A DNA stretch of 64,000 nt from UHGV virus genome UHGV-1351408; one strand, given 5' to 3'. Position 1 is the first letter of the stretch. Every line of letters begins with the position of its first letter. This DNA comes from a virus. Below, in pieces: positions 46,803 to 64,000 of the stretch. The position numbers and the translations under genes are program-made. The notes beneath the pieces are model-generated. The model ran no database searches. It worked only from the letters and a program-made list of their open reading frames with translations, and was not told where the DNA came from.

Positions 46803-47990
46803 TTAAGCTGTTCTCTGCCATACATACAGTACGAATGATGGCTGCTCAATGTTGAAAGCTTGTCCACCACCAACACTGTTAGTGTTTCCGCTATGTGTAT
46901 GCTCAGAAGAAGAAACTGTCACAGTACCGTTGTGTGTATGTGAACCAATACCAACTGTATGGCTATGAGCACCAATACCCACTGTGTGATTGTGGTTACC
47001 GGTTGTGTTAGTGGTAACGCTAAAAGAGTGGGTGTGCGAACCAGCGACTTCGCAGACAGCATCTGCTGAGTACCACGATTGGTCATTCCTTGTAGACCAA
47101 ACCATTGCAGGTCTTTCCGACAGACCACCACCTGCTTCATAAGTCAATCTGTGGTTGTGAGCACCAGCAGCACTTGTTGACCCACTACCAACGTGATTGT
47201 GGTTACCAGTTGTGTTAGTGGTCTTTGTTCCATAGTCAAAAGAGTTGGTAGTCTTAGTTCCATAGTCAAAAGCTGAGATTGAAACAGTTGCATTATGAGT
47301 GTGACCACCACCACTGAGAGACACAGAGTGTGAGTGTTGAGGCATATTATTAACTGACAAAGTGACAGTTGAAGCACCAAATACAGAACCTGCTGGCCTT
47401 GTATCAGAGTCATAACCAACCAATGCCCTACCTTTTGAAACTAACTCCCAAGTACCTCCACAAATTAAGTATGTAGAAGGATTTGCAGAGTTCATAGAAA
47501 GATGGATAGTACCTACTGGATAAGAAGCCTGAACAGCCTTGTACAAGTTATTTACTGCTCTTGCTGTAGCATACTTATCTGCATCTTCGTTATACAGATT
47601 AGATGTTGTCCAGTTCTGGACATTACTTAAACCAACCTGTGCCTTAGTTGTATTGTGTGGGTTACTCTTGTCCTTAATATGTTGCTGAACAAGGTTATTA
47701 ACCTCTTCTGAAGACATAATCTGTAGATTTGCTCTTGCCTCAGCTACATTAACAATATCTGATAAGTTATTTGCAGCAACTAACTGAAGAGCATTAATAA
47801 CATTATCTAAACCAATTTGTGTCTTAGTAACACCATGAGGGTTATTTTTTAGGCTTGAGTGTGGAGCAAGTAATTGCTCAAGAGTACATCTCTTATCCTC
47901 AATACCCTGCTTAAGATGGAAGATATCACTAAGGTCAATTGGTAAGGCTGCTTGAGGCAAGGCACTAATTTGAATTTCACCTACTGCCAT
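46803..47990 (-). CDS. Tail fiber protein (short paralogue) with HxH-repeat C-terminus
   Basis: 395 aa; C-terminal [42 protein letters not shown] and an ending (FVLYVWQRTA) similar to the long fiber ([11 protein letters not shown]). Confidence 0.65.
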   Translation of the reverse strand: MAVGEIQISALPQAALPIDLSDIFHLKQGIEDKRCTLEQLLAPHSSLKNNPHGVTKTQIGLDNVINALQLVAANNLSDIVNVAEARANLQIMSSEEVNNLVQQHIKDKSNPHNTTKAQVGLSNVQNWTTSNLYNEDADKYATARAVNNLYKAVQASYPVGTIHLSMNSANPSTYLICGGTWELVSKGRALVGYDSDTRPAGSVFGASTVTLSVNNMPQHSHSVSLSGGGHTHNATVSISAFDYGTKTTNSFDYGTKTTNTTGNHNHVGSGSTSAAGAHNHRLTYEAGGGLSERPAMVWSTRNDQSWYSADAVCEVAGSHTHSFSVTTNTTGNHNHTVGIGAHSHTVGIGSHTHNGTVTVSSSEHTHSGNTNSVGGGQAFNIEQPSFVLYVWQRTA

Positions 47991-47992
47991 TA

Positions 47993-56008
<8,016 letters not shown>

Positions 56009-56009
<1 letters not shown>

Positions 56010-56248
56010 TACATTTTTCCTGCTCTTCTAAGTTCGTTGTAAGCAATTTCCTCTTTATACGACCTCTGAATTTCAAGAAATTGTCTCAATGATAATAAAT
56101 CAGAGAATGTCATAGCAAAGAGTTGGTCAAGTGTTTCTTTACACCCTTCCATACCATAAATAGCAAGCACAAATTTCATCTCGTCTGCTTCTTCATAGGT
56201 TGCCTCTACAGCAGCATCAGTCAGTGGTGTCTGTAGAGTGTTACCCAT
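56009..56248 (-). CDS. Tail assembly chaperone, frameshift-extension (T-like) segment
   Basis: In the -1 frame relative to 56251..56649; open from the slippery site through this ORF. Confidence 0.5.
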
Positions 56249-56250
56249 GT

Positions 56251-56649
56251 TTACTGAGAAGTTAGGCTTTTGAAAATGCTTGCTTCGAAAAAACTTCCGA
56301 AATTTGCCTCCAGCGCAAATGCTAAGTAATCAATAAATTCACCATAGTTTGCTTGGAAGTATGTATCAATATTAAGTGGGAAGTCATCAACAGTTGCCCC
56401 TTGAAATAATAGGGTAGCCATTTCTTCAAGGTTAATTTCTTCAATTCTGTCAAAACAAGCTTCAACAAGTTCTTTAAATGGAACCATTGGAGCTTCTTTC
56501 TTATCTTTATCAGTCAGACTTGATAGCATCTGTGCAAAAGTTGGAACAACAATTTTACCCAACTTCATAGACATCTTAATACCATCTCTTGCCCCAAGCA
56601 GAACGATATTTACTTTCTTACCATTAATTACTCTAGATTCTGTTTTCAT
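56251..56649 (-). CDS. Tail assembly chaperone (G-like)
   Basis: 132 aa between the tube and tape measure genes; contains a slippery site near its 3' end. Confidence 0.55.
   Translation of the reverse strand: MKTESRVINGKKVNIVLLGARDGIKMSMKLGKIVVPTFAQMLSSLTDKDKKEAPMVPFKELVEACFDRIEEINLEEMATLLFQGATVDDFPLNIDTYFQANYGEFIDYLAFALEANFGSFFEASIFKSLTSQ
56287..56293 (-). other. Candidate -1 programmed ribosomal frameshift slippery site (T_TTT_TTC)
   Basis: In-frame AGT TTT TTC (S F F) about 12 codons before the stop; a -1 shift continues R S K H F Q K P N F S V N M G into ORF 56009..56248 with no stop. Confidence 0.5.
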
Positions 56650-56674
56650 TGTGATTCCTTAATACTTTTAAAAG

Positions 56675-56712
56675 AAACAAAAAAGGGGAAGACCTTTTAA
56701 AGTCTCCCCCTT
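56675..56712 (-). terminator. Intrinsic terminator after the tail tube gene
   Basis: Imperfect GC-rich hairpin followed by UUUUUUGUUUCUUUU on the minus-strand transcript. Confidence 0.6.
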
Positions 56713-56722
56713 ATAGGATTTA

Positions 56723-57169
56723 TTAAACACTTGACGCTGGAATTGTAGAAGTGTAGTCTAGCTTCTCACAACCAAAAATCCAAGTTTTAGAGTTCTGGTC
56801 ACGACCAAGTTCAATCTGCGGTAATTCCTGCAACCAAGCATTAATACCAGTTGCCAGAACAGAGCCTGATGGGTCGTAGATTACGAAGTTAGAAGAGATA
56901 TCTTCTTCAAGTTCCATATTGTCTTGTTTAGCTTGAATTGCAGAAAGCATCTGATTAGAGAGAGAAGTCTGCATTAGCTCAATCTCAATAGTACCTGTCT
57001 TGTCTGCATTTCTTGTCAGAGCAACCTGACCACCTGCACCTACAACTGGTGTAATAAGTGGTGATGTTCTCTGTAGACGTAAGAATGAATCTGGAGCAAA
57101 GCCTTCAATAGCAATGCCGTTCCAGCTACACACAACGTCTTTAGGGGAATATTGCTGATACATAGCCAT
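56723..57169 (-). CDS. Tail tube protein
   Basis: 148 aa directly downstream of the sheath gene. Confidence 0.6.
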   Translation of the reverse strand: MAMYQQYSPKDVVCSWNGIAIEGFAPDSFLRLQRTSPLITPVVGAGGQVALTRNADKTGTIEIELMQTSLSNQMLSAIQAKQDNMELEEDISSNFVIYDPSGSVLATGINAWLQELPQIELGRDQNSKTWIFGCEKLDYTSTIPASSV

Positions 57170-57184
57170 TCCAATTTACCTCTA

Positions 57185-58537
57185 TTATTCGTAAGCCACT
57201 GTACCTTTCAAGTCAACATCCAAGATAGCCCCTGCTAAGATACCTGCGAAGGTAACATCTTTCAGGATACGAGCTTTCTTGTCTGCCAAAGCAACTTGAG
57301 AGGCTTTAGGAACATTAACTGTGTAAGATGACAGGAAGTTTCTGTTGACTGCTCTTTGTAGAGAGGTTTCAATGACTTGACGAATACGGGTAATACCAGT
57401 ATCATCATAAGTAATCTTACCACCCTTCTGGTTAATTAGCAAGTCTCTCAGAGAAGTTTTCAGGTCTGATTCCAACCAGTCAACGCCACGGATGATATCA
57501 ATCCATTCCCCACCAGAAGTAATCCCTCTACGAACCACTGGAACACCACCATCAAGGTCAATAAAGTTACAGTGACGTGCATCTAAAGCTGACTTCTGAA
57601 TACTTGTCAGAGGTCTCTTATTAGCTGGCTGTAGAGAAGCAGCTACACCAGTCAACTGAGCATTACCCCAAGCAATTGACCCTGCATCGTATGGAGCACC
57701 GTAAGCAATGTATGCCATCTCTGGATAGTCTTCTGCTGCTGTGTGATGCCACAAGCAAACTGTGCGGGTATACATACTCTTAGCAAGCTGTGCTGGAACA
57801 TCGTTTGCACTGTTTAATTCTGTACCTTGTAGTGCTGATACATCAGAGTTAGCAGTGAAGAAGATTTTCTTACGAGCCTGAATCTCAGAAGCCATTGCTA
57901 AGACAAACTGTTGAGTTCTGTCTTCTGCTGCAATGAAATACCAGTCAGTTGAATAAGCTTCAATAGCTGCTAGAGCAGTTGATGCTGTATCGGCAGTTGT
58001 GCTTGCAATAGATACAGTCTGTGCTGTAGTTGTTACTTTCACAAAGTCATTATCACCAGCTTTAGTGATAATCATTGTGGCAGAACCACCGCTACCAGTT
58101 ACGTTCACAGAAACCTTATCTTTAATTGTTGGGTCAGCTTCAATCTGTGTTTTGAACTGTTGCAAAACTTTCTCAGCAGTATCTGATTCCACTGCTGTAT
58201 ACTGATATGGTTGAGAAATTCCACCGCCAGCAGCTACAGTAATTGAGTAGTCTGTACTTTCGGTAACAGCATCAGGAATTGATACAGTATACTGCATAGC
58301 ACGTCTACCAATATAAAGCTGAGTTACTTTAGGAGTCTGACTCCAAAGTTGTTTAGCAGCCTTATATGCAGCAGAGTTTTCATCGAAATCTTCAGCAACT
58401 TCAGTTAAGGAAGTGTAACCACGCACTCTTTCTTCAAAGTTATCTGTTGAAGCTAAGAATAGTGGCAGCCCAAAACCTTCTCTTGTAGTTCCTGCGGTGT
58501 TCAATGTAATATCTACATTAACAATTGGATTCCACAT
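57185..58537 (-). CDS. Tail sheath protein
   Basis: 450 aa immediately upstream of the tube gene; canonical sheath-tube-chaperone-tape measure order. Confidence 0.7.
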   Translation of the reverse strand: MWNPIVNVDITLNTAGTTREGFGLPLFLASTDNFEERVRGYTSLTEVAEDFDENSAAYKAAKQLWSQTPKVTQLYIGRRAMQYTVSIPDAVTESTDYSITVAAGGGISQPYQYTAVESDTAEKVLQQFKTQIEADPTIKDKVSVNVTGSGGSATMIITKAGDNDFVKVTTTAQTVSIASTTADTASTALAAIEAYSTDWYFIAAEDRTQQFVLAMASEIQARKKIFFTANSDVSALQGTELNSANDVPAQLAKSMYTRTVCLWHHTAAEDYPEMAYIAYGAPYDAGSIAWGNAQLTGVAASLQPANKRPLTSIQKSALDARHCNFIDLDGGVPVVRRGITSGGEWIDIIRGVDWLESDLKTSLRDLLINQKGGKITYDDTGITRIRQVIETSLQRAVNRNFLSSYTVNVPKASQVALADKKARILKDVTFAGILAGAILDVDLKGTVAYE

Positions 58538-59137
58538 TTATTTTACCCCTTTGGAGTCTACATCTAGATGGATAGTATATTCTGGCGGCTCTTGTCCTTC
58601 TTCGTAAACTAATTCACCATCCACAATGACACGCTCAATAATACTTCCACGTTCATCTTTCAGGACTGAATTTTTTACAAGAGTTACAACAAGAGGTGCA
58701 GAATTTTCGAAATCTGTATTGAGATAAGTATAGTCATTCGGGATTGCTCCAGTATCTAGTACTGTAGCCCCTGTTTCTTCAAGGATTAAATCTCTGACTG
58801 AACTCATCTCTAATCGTTGTTTAAGCTCAAGCATGATGCTGTGAGCACCCTTACCATTTACCGTAATCAATACAGGAATCTGAAAAGCAATTCTGTAGCA
58901 AACTACATCATCTTCAACAAATTTATCAAGAACCCAACCATAAGGTGTTGCAGCATCTTGACAATATACGGTAATGAATGGCTGGTCAGGTTTTAAACCT
59001 TTGTCATTTGAGTTATCAGAAGGGTAAGCTCTAATTACATTTGGTCTATTATTTTTATCACGAGCTAGTCTGTGACCAATAACATCCACTAAGGTTCTAA
59101 CTAGACCTTTTTCAAGTTCTGCTGTTTCTAACTGCAT
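58538..59137 (-). CDS. Head-tail joining / tail completion protein
   Basis: Position between the capsid and sheath genes. Confidence 0.35.
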   Translation of the reverse strand: MQLETAELEKGLVRTLVDVIGHRLARDKNNRPNVIRAYPSDNSNDKGLKPDQPFITVYCQDAATPYGWVLDKFVEDDVVCYRIAFQIPVLITVNGKGAHSIMLELKQRLEMSSVRDLILEETGATVLDTGAIPNDYTYLNTDFENSAPLVVTLVKNSVLKDERGSIIERVIVDGELVYEEGQEPPEYTIHLDVDSKGVK

Positions 59138-59513
59138 TCATTTTATCCCTTCTAATAATGATATATTCATAATGGGACGTATGGGCTAATTGCTGTGACC
59201 AATCCATAGTCATAAATACTTCATACTCATGACCATCAATCATAACAATATCAGACTCATTCCACTCTACATCATCTGAAGTTCTAAGTTTATATGTGGT
59301 ATACAGGATTCTTGTATCGGTAAGCCTAATACCTTCCGGTAAAGCAATCTGTGTACCATTCTTTACAGAACCTTTGATATATGGCTGGATATTACCTTTG
59401 CAGTTAACCTCTACAATATCTTGTGAAGCTACCCAATCACCATCATCATTATAATAACCATCTTCAGAGACTTTACGCTTTACTACAAAGCTGTGTCTGT
59501 TTAAGAGTCTCAT
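59112..59513 (-). CDS. Head-tail connector protein
   Basis: Position. Confidence 0.35.
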   Translation of the reverse strand: MRLLNRHSFVVKRKVSEDGYYNDDGDWVASQDIVEVNCKGNIQPYIKGSVKNGTQIALPEGIRLTDTRILYTTYKLRTSDDVEWNESDIVMIDGHEYEVFMTMDWSQQLAHTSHYEYIIIRRDKMNAVRNSRT

Positions 59514-59992
59514 TTTTTAATACCCTTCTTAGTAGAAATTTTATAAGCAAGGTTGTCTCTTAAGTCACCTGTCTCAACAAGAGGTGCATTAAAGCCTTTT
59601 TTCTTGACTGTGGAAGGTGCGTTAGGAGGGAGGATAGCAGAATTACCAAAACCTCTTTTAATTGCCTTTTGAGCATTCTTTGCAAATGCTTCTAAGGTAT
59701 TTGAAGGGTCTGTGTTGAGACTGCTAAGTTGCTTATATAGATTCTTCTTAGTCTGCTCTAACAAGGTCTGTTTGTTTAGCATCATAGTGATTTCAAACAA
59801 CCTACGATATACTTTACCAGAAGCTGAGGGAACCCCAATAACTTCTTGTAAATACATTAAAGCAGGATAAGAAAAACCAGAGCTATGTTGACCTTGTTCT
59901 TGAAAATACCCAACTTGAGCATTAGCCGTTTGCAAGTTCTTCATAGCCCCGACTAATTTTGCTCTAGCGGGGTGAATAACCCTTTTAACCAT
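59510..59992 (-). CDS. Head-tail connector protein
   Basis: Position; stop/start overlap with neighbours. Confidence 0.35.
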   Translation of the reverse strand: MVKRVIHPARAKLVGAMKNLQTANAQVGYFQEQGQHSSGFSYPALMYLQEVIGVPSASGKVYRRLFEITMMLNKQTLLEQTKKNLYKQLSSLNTDPSNTLEAFAKNAQKAIKRGFGNSAILPPNAPSTVKKKGFNAPLVETGDLRDNLAYKISTKKGIKK

Positions 59993-60441
59993 TATTCATC
60001 TCGCTCGATAATAAATACGCCATTAACACGGTTGCAGTAATCTCTGCCTTCGTATCTGGCAGCATCACCATATTCTGTGTATTTCTTGACAGAGCAAGGA
60101 TTCTGACGACGCATATCAATGTCGCACTGATTAATACCACCTGCATAGGGTAGTCCTGAAACAGAGCTTTTAACAAGGTCGTCATAAACAGCTTTCAGAG
60201 ATTTGAATCTGGAAGAGTTACGTAAATAAACACCACCAACCTTCTCATCTCCCATCTTGGCTACTTGAAAGAGTAAATATTTAAGAGCTTTGATGGCTGC
60301 TTTCTTTTCATCCTTTCCAGATTCTAGATAGAACCACTCTAGCACAGACTGCTCAATAAGAATTTCATCATTATTAGTGTCTGTGCAGAGGATTCTTACT
60401 CTATCAAGAGGGTTATTGGCTGGGTCGCCTGTATAACACAT
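59992..60441 (-). CDS. Head completion / adaptor protein
   Basis: Position directly downstream of the major capsid gene. Confidence 0.35.
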   Translation of the reverse strand: MCYTGDPANNPLDRVRILCTDTNNDEILIEQSVLEWFYLESGKDEKKAAIKALKYLLFQVAKMGDEKVGGVYLRNSSRFKSLKAVYDDLVKSSVSGLPYAGGINQCDIDMRRQNPCSVKKYTEYGDAARYEGRDYCNRVNGVFIIERDE

Positions 60442-60462
60442 TAATAACCCTCCTTAAGAATA

Positions 60463-61566
60463 TTAGTCTTTGGCGTCAGCACGAACATCTACCAGCAACT
60501 GAGGACGAGTACAGTATGGCAGCATGTAAGAGTGAGCTTCAAAGTCAATACCTTCGTCACGGTCTTTTTCGTATTCGAATACGTACAGTTCCTGACCAAG
60601 TGTATTTGCGTAACCCATCTTAGGACATGGACCATAAGCCACTTCGAAGATGTTGTTTGCTTCACCCAGCATAGAAACGTTAGGGAAGGCATGACCAACA
60701 CCAACAGTTGCTGCTGCACCATCAATGCTCACCAGAGTGTGAACCTTACCGCGCTTGTCTTTGAACTTACCGTTGTACTGGACAAACTTAACACCACCGT
60801 AGTAGAAGGTGTTCATATGAGCCTGAACGCCGTCAGTACCACCAGTTCTCAGAGAACCAGTAATCTGTTGCCAAGCCAGCGGAGTCTGCTGTGCAAGATA
60901 AGCGTCACGAATCTTAGGATGTTTAGTCAGCTTGCTGAAGAACACACGGTCAACAACTACGTGAATTTCTTCACCGTTGATTACAGTGCCAGTCTTAGCT
61001 TCATCTTCCATGTGCATACGCAGTTCTTCAATAGAAGCGTCGATATCCGCATTAGGGTTGTCAAGGTCGAAGTAAACAGTCTTCTTCTCAACATCGAACT
61101 GCTTGTACAGGTCAGCGTACAGAGTACCACGAGCATCGACAACTTTACCCTTCAGAGCTTGCATAAACAGGAACTCACGAGTAATATCGAACTTGGTACG
61201 AATCTTCATCAGCTTCTTAGCACGTACTACAGCTTCAGTAGTAAGCTCGTTTGCAGTGCCTGGCTGACGTACACCCTGAATTTCATCAGGAGTGATGCTT
61301 TCAACTTCTTTGAAGTACATCATTGGGAAGCTGATTTGACGAACACGCTCAGGTGCGCTAGTCTCTGCTTTACGGCTATCACGGTCTACCGCATCAAGCA
61401 AGCTAACATCCCAATCAGTCAAGTCCATAAGGAAAGTAGTTTGGGTGATTGGTGCTGAACGGAACAGACCTAAGTTGGAAATATACCCATAAGTATTTGG
61501 GATAGACTGGACTTCACCAGTCAGGTCAGCAAGGAAAAATCTGCTTTTTTCAGAATTAGTCAACAT
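60463..61566 (-). CDS. Major capsid protein
   Basis: 367 aa following the protease/scaffold and decoration genes; RBS GGAGAA. Confidence 0.7.
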   Translation of the reverse strand: MLTNSEKSRFFLADLTGEVQSIPNTYGYISNLGLFRSAPITQTTFLMDLTDWDVSLLDAVDRDSRKAETSAPERVRQISFPMMYFKEVESITPDEIQGVRQPGTANELTTEAVVRAKKLMKIRTKFDITREFLFMQALKGKVVDARGTLYADLYKQFDVEKKTVYFDLDNPNADIDASIEELRMHMEDEAKTGTVINGEEIHVVVDRVFFSKLTKHPKIRDAYLAQQTPLAWQQITGSLRTGGTDGVQAHMNTFYYGGVKFVQYNGKFKDKRGKVHTLVSIDGAAATVGVGHAFPNVSMLGEANNIFEVAYGPCPKMGYANTLGQELYVFEYEKDRDEGIDFEAHSYMLPYCTRPQLLVDVRADAKD

Positions 61567-61599
61567 TGTAAAATTCTCCAGAATGTCTTATTATTGTTA

Positions 61600-61977
61600 T
61601 TACAGGCCAGTTGGTACGAAATCAATACCTTTAGCAGCCAGAGCTTTCTTGACGTTCTCAGCATTAACACCAGACTCAAGAGTAAGCATGTCTTTCAGTT
61701 CTGCATCACGGTAAATACCAACAACTTTCAACTGACCGTGGTAAGACAGTTGCAGGTCTGCATAAAAGTTAACGATACATACAGAATCAGCCTGAGTTTC
61801 TTCCCCTGCTGCAACTTTAGTACCATCTGCTTTCAGAACTTCACCTACACGGTATTCTGTTGAAGCAACTGGAGTGTACTCTTTACGAGAGTGGCCTGTT
61901 GGGGTAATCTGTTCCCAAAGAATGATATCATTCAGAGGTTCTCTTTTACCTAGCTTAGTAAAACCTTCATATGCCAT
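61600..61977 (-). CDS. Head decoration protein (lambda gpD-like by position)
   Basis: 125 aa between the protease/scaffold and capsid genes. Confidence 0.4.
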   Translation of the reverse strand: MAYEGFTKLGKREPLNDIILWEQITPTGHSRKEYTPVASTEYRVGEVLKADGTKVAAGEETQADSVCIVNFYADLQLSYHGQLKVVGIYRDAELKDMLTLESGVNAENVKKALAAKGIDFVPTGL

Positions 61978-61988
61978 TATTGTGTTCC

Positions 61989-63335
61989 TTATTTAATAAG
62001 AGATTTTAGAGCATTCTGGAGAGCCAGTTTGCGTTGTTCAGCGGTGTCTTCGGAAGCATTCTTAGCTGGTTCGTTTTCTTCTTCAACCAAATCAGCTTCG
62101 CCGTCATTACCCATTTCTTCCATAGCGTTGGAATGTTCAAGAACAGCACCAGCAGTTTCTTTCAGCTTGGTAATTTCTGATTCTTTTTCTTCCATTGCAG
62201 AAGCGTGGGACGCGATAGTTTCATTAAGTTTCTGGTTAGCACCTTCCATAGCATTCATAAACAGAACACTCAGAGGGTTATCAAGACCAGCACCTAAAAT
62301 AGTTGTTGCAGCTTCTTTTGCATCAAATCCAAAAGCTTCAGCAGAAGCAGAAATCTTATTAGTCAAATCTGACAAAGCAGCTTCCTGTTCTTTGGCTTTC
62401 ATTTGAGCAACCTGAAGACGCAAAGCTTCTAGTTCTTGCTTTTCTTGTTCAGTCATTTCTTCACCTGAATTGTTAACGTTTAAACTTACAGGAGCCTCTT
62501 CAGAACCTTGTAAGTAATTTAAGAAATCATCTTGAGACATGATTGAGTTAATTAAACCAAGTTCAAGAGCTTCCTGAGCAGAATAAACATTCGCCTCAGT
62601 ATTCTTTACAGCTTCTTCAGAGAGATTACGAGATTCAGCTACAAAACCTGTAAAGGTTGCGTAGGTATCATTAATTCTCTTTTGAAGTCTTTCTTTGCTT
62701 TCTTCTGAAAGTGCTTGGAATGGTGAACCCATACCTTTAAACTCACCAGCTTTGATGACGTTAATTGTTACGCCATTCTTTTCAAATGCCTTAGTTAATT
62801 CCTGATGAACCATGATTACACCAATAGAACCAACATCTGCATCTGGTGATGCAATAATTTCTTCAGCAGAAGATGCAAGAGCGTATGCAGCGGAACAAGC
62901 GAACTCATCTACATAAGCAATAATTTTCTTTTGGCCTCTTGAAGCCATAATGTGACGTGCTAATTCAAAGCAACCTGAAGCTTCACCACCACCGGAATCA
63001 ATATGCAGAACAATAGTCTTAATTGACTCATCTGCTAAAGCTTCGTCAAAGCCTCTGCGTAAACCTTCATAAGAGCTTAAACCACCTGTACACATTGCAT
63101 CAATGAATGTCATACGATGAGTTAAGCCACCCATAATAGGGATAATAGCAATATCATCTTTTACTTTTAAAAGACTTCTTGCTTCACCTTTGGGTTTATC
63201 AAAGTTTACTGCTGCTTGGACATCACCCAGCAATCTGTTATTCACATAAGTTGCTGCTGAGTGAGCTAATGATTCAGTGGCTAGTAAAGGTTGGTTGAAT
63301 AATCTATCAGCAAGTCTGAAGATATTCGAACTCAT
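61989..63335 (-). CDS. Prohead protease (S49/ClpP-like) fused to a scaffold domain
   Basis: N-terminal peptidase region IVLHIDSGGGEASGCFE ... AYVDEFACSAAYALA; C-terminal ~200 aa Ala/Glu/Lys-rich coiled coil. Confidence 0.7.
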   Translation of the reverse strand: MSSNIFRLADRLFNQPLLATESLAHSAATYVNNRLLGDVQAAVNFDKPKGEARSLLKVKDDIAIIPIMGGLTHRMTFIDAMCTGGLSSYEGLRRGFDEALADESIKTIVLHIDSGGGEASGCFELARHIMASRGQKKIIAYVDEFACSAAYALASSAEEIIASPDADVGSIGVIMVHQELTKAFEKNGVTINVIKAGEFKGMGSPFQALSEESKERLQKRINDTYATFTGFVAESRNLSEEAVKNTEANVYSAQEALELGLINSIMSQDDFLNYLQGSEEAPVSLNVNNSGEEMTEQEKQELEALRLQVAQMKAKEQEAALSDLTNKISASAEAFGFDAKEAATTILGAGLDNPLSVLFMNAMEGANQKLNETIASHASAMEEKESEITKLKETAGAVLEHSNAMEEMGNDGEADLVEEENEPAKNASEDTAEQRKLALQNALKSLIK

Positions 63336-63346
63336 TTTTACTCACC

Positions 63347-63679
63347 CTATTTGTTTAAATCTACAGAGACTGAAGAGATAACATAGATACCTTCTTCAGC
63401 AAAGAATTGAGGTTTGCTAAGAGCACCAGTTGCCACGCATTTATCGTTGGCATCCCACAAGCTATAGTGTGAGACCGTTGCAGAAGCTGGGACAGTAATA
63501 TTAACTGTGTCTTCTGAGGCAATTAAGCCATTATCCGGTTCAGAAAAATAAATAGCCACTGGATGAGTAACCTTATTTGCTGTAGGGTCTGCCGTTGGGT
63601 CTACATTGTGTAAAATAATAGTCGTTGGGGTTAGCGTGGCGAGGATTTTATTCTTACCATCAATAGTTAATGTTCCCAT
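63347..63679 (-). CDS. Hypothetical protein (110 aa)
   Basis: ORF upstream of the protease/scaffold gene. Confidence 0.4.
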   Translation of the reverse strand: MGTLTIDGKNKILATLTPTTIILHNVDPTADPTANKVTHPVAIYFSEPDNGLIASEDTVNITVPASATVSHYSLWDANDKCVATGALSKPQFFAEEGIYVISSVSVDLNK

Positions 63680-63933
63680 TAATTAAACCTTACTTTTTGT
63701 TTAAGGACTGTTGAATGGTTACCAGATTCATCTACCACATTTACAATCATATCATATACTTTACCTTTGACAAGTACTTTGTAATCATTTTGTGAAAAAA
63801 TGTATTCAAGTCTGTTTGTTTCTTTATTAACTATCATTGGAGATTGAAATGCAGTGTCGAGGGTAATGAAAGAGGCTTCAATGCTATTAACATTGATACG
63901 TTTATTCTCGCAGTTATATAACTTTACACCCAA
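63679..63933 (-). CDS. Hypothetical protein (84 aa)
   Basis: ORF; stop/start overlap with the downstream gene. Confidence 0.4.
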   Translation of the reverse strand: MGVKLYNCENKRINVNSIEASFITLDTAFQSPMIVNKETNRLEYIFSQNDYKVLVKGKVYDMIVNVVDESGNHSTVLKQKVRFN

Positions 63934-64000
63934 AAGGCATGAACTGTCAAATGGAATTTTAACAATTTCACTACAATTTCCTGAAATAAACGATTTTCCA

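Noticed and set aside
60532-61458. 308-aa plus-strand ORF
   Set aside because: Lies entirely within the major capsid gene on the opposite strand; shadow ORF.

Overview
The window reads as a contiguous segment of a virulent, AT-rich tailed dsDNA phage with a contractile tail; gene content resembles Felix O1-like myoviruses, but that assignment is inference only. No integrase, repressor, tRNA, rRNA or CRISPR array was found. All protein calls come from motifs read by eye in the supplied translations, since no searches could be run. Layout: (1) 1..1800, a short mixed-strand stretch that looks GC-richer than the rest; (2) 1800..32860, a minus-strand block with a macro-like protein, a possible lysis cluster, rIIA/rIIB, a NAMPT + PRPP-synthetase-like pair, HNH and GIY-YIG homing endonucleases, the nrdA/nrdB/nrdD/nrdG ribonucleotide reductase set, and a T7-like replication set (exonuclease, SSB, primase-helicase, dNMP kinase); (3) 33116..43690, a plus-strand block with family-A DNA polymerase, small early proteins, ATP-dependent DNA ligase, DHFR and thymidylate synthase; (4) 43727..63933, a minus-strand structural block from prohead protease/scaffold and major capsid through sheath, tube, frameshifted chaperone, tape measure, baseplate and two tail fibers. 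Most worth a second look: a four-copy family of ~130-nt C-poor, G/T-rich hairpin-bounded elements bracketing a two-gene cassette (38386..40170); the NAMPT/Prs-like pair, a candidate NAD+-reconstitution counter-defence module; a macro-like protein with a divergent active-site motif; and a near-tandem direct-repeat array at 2437..2655.
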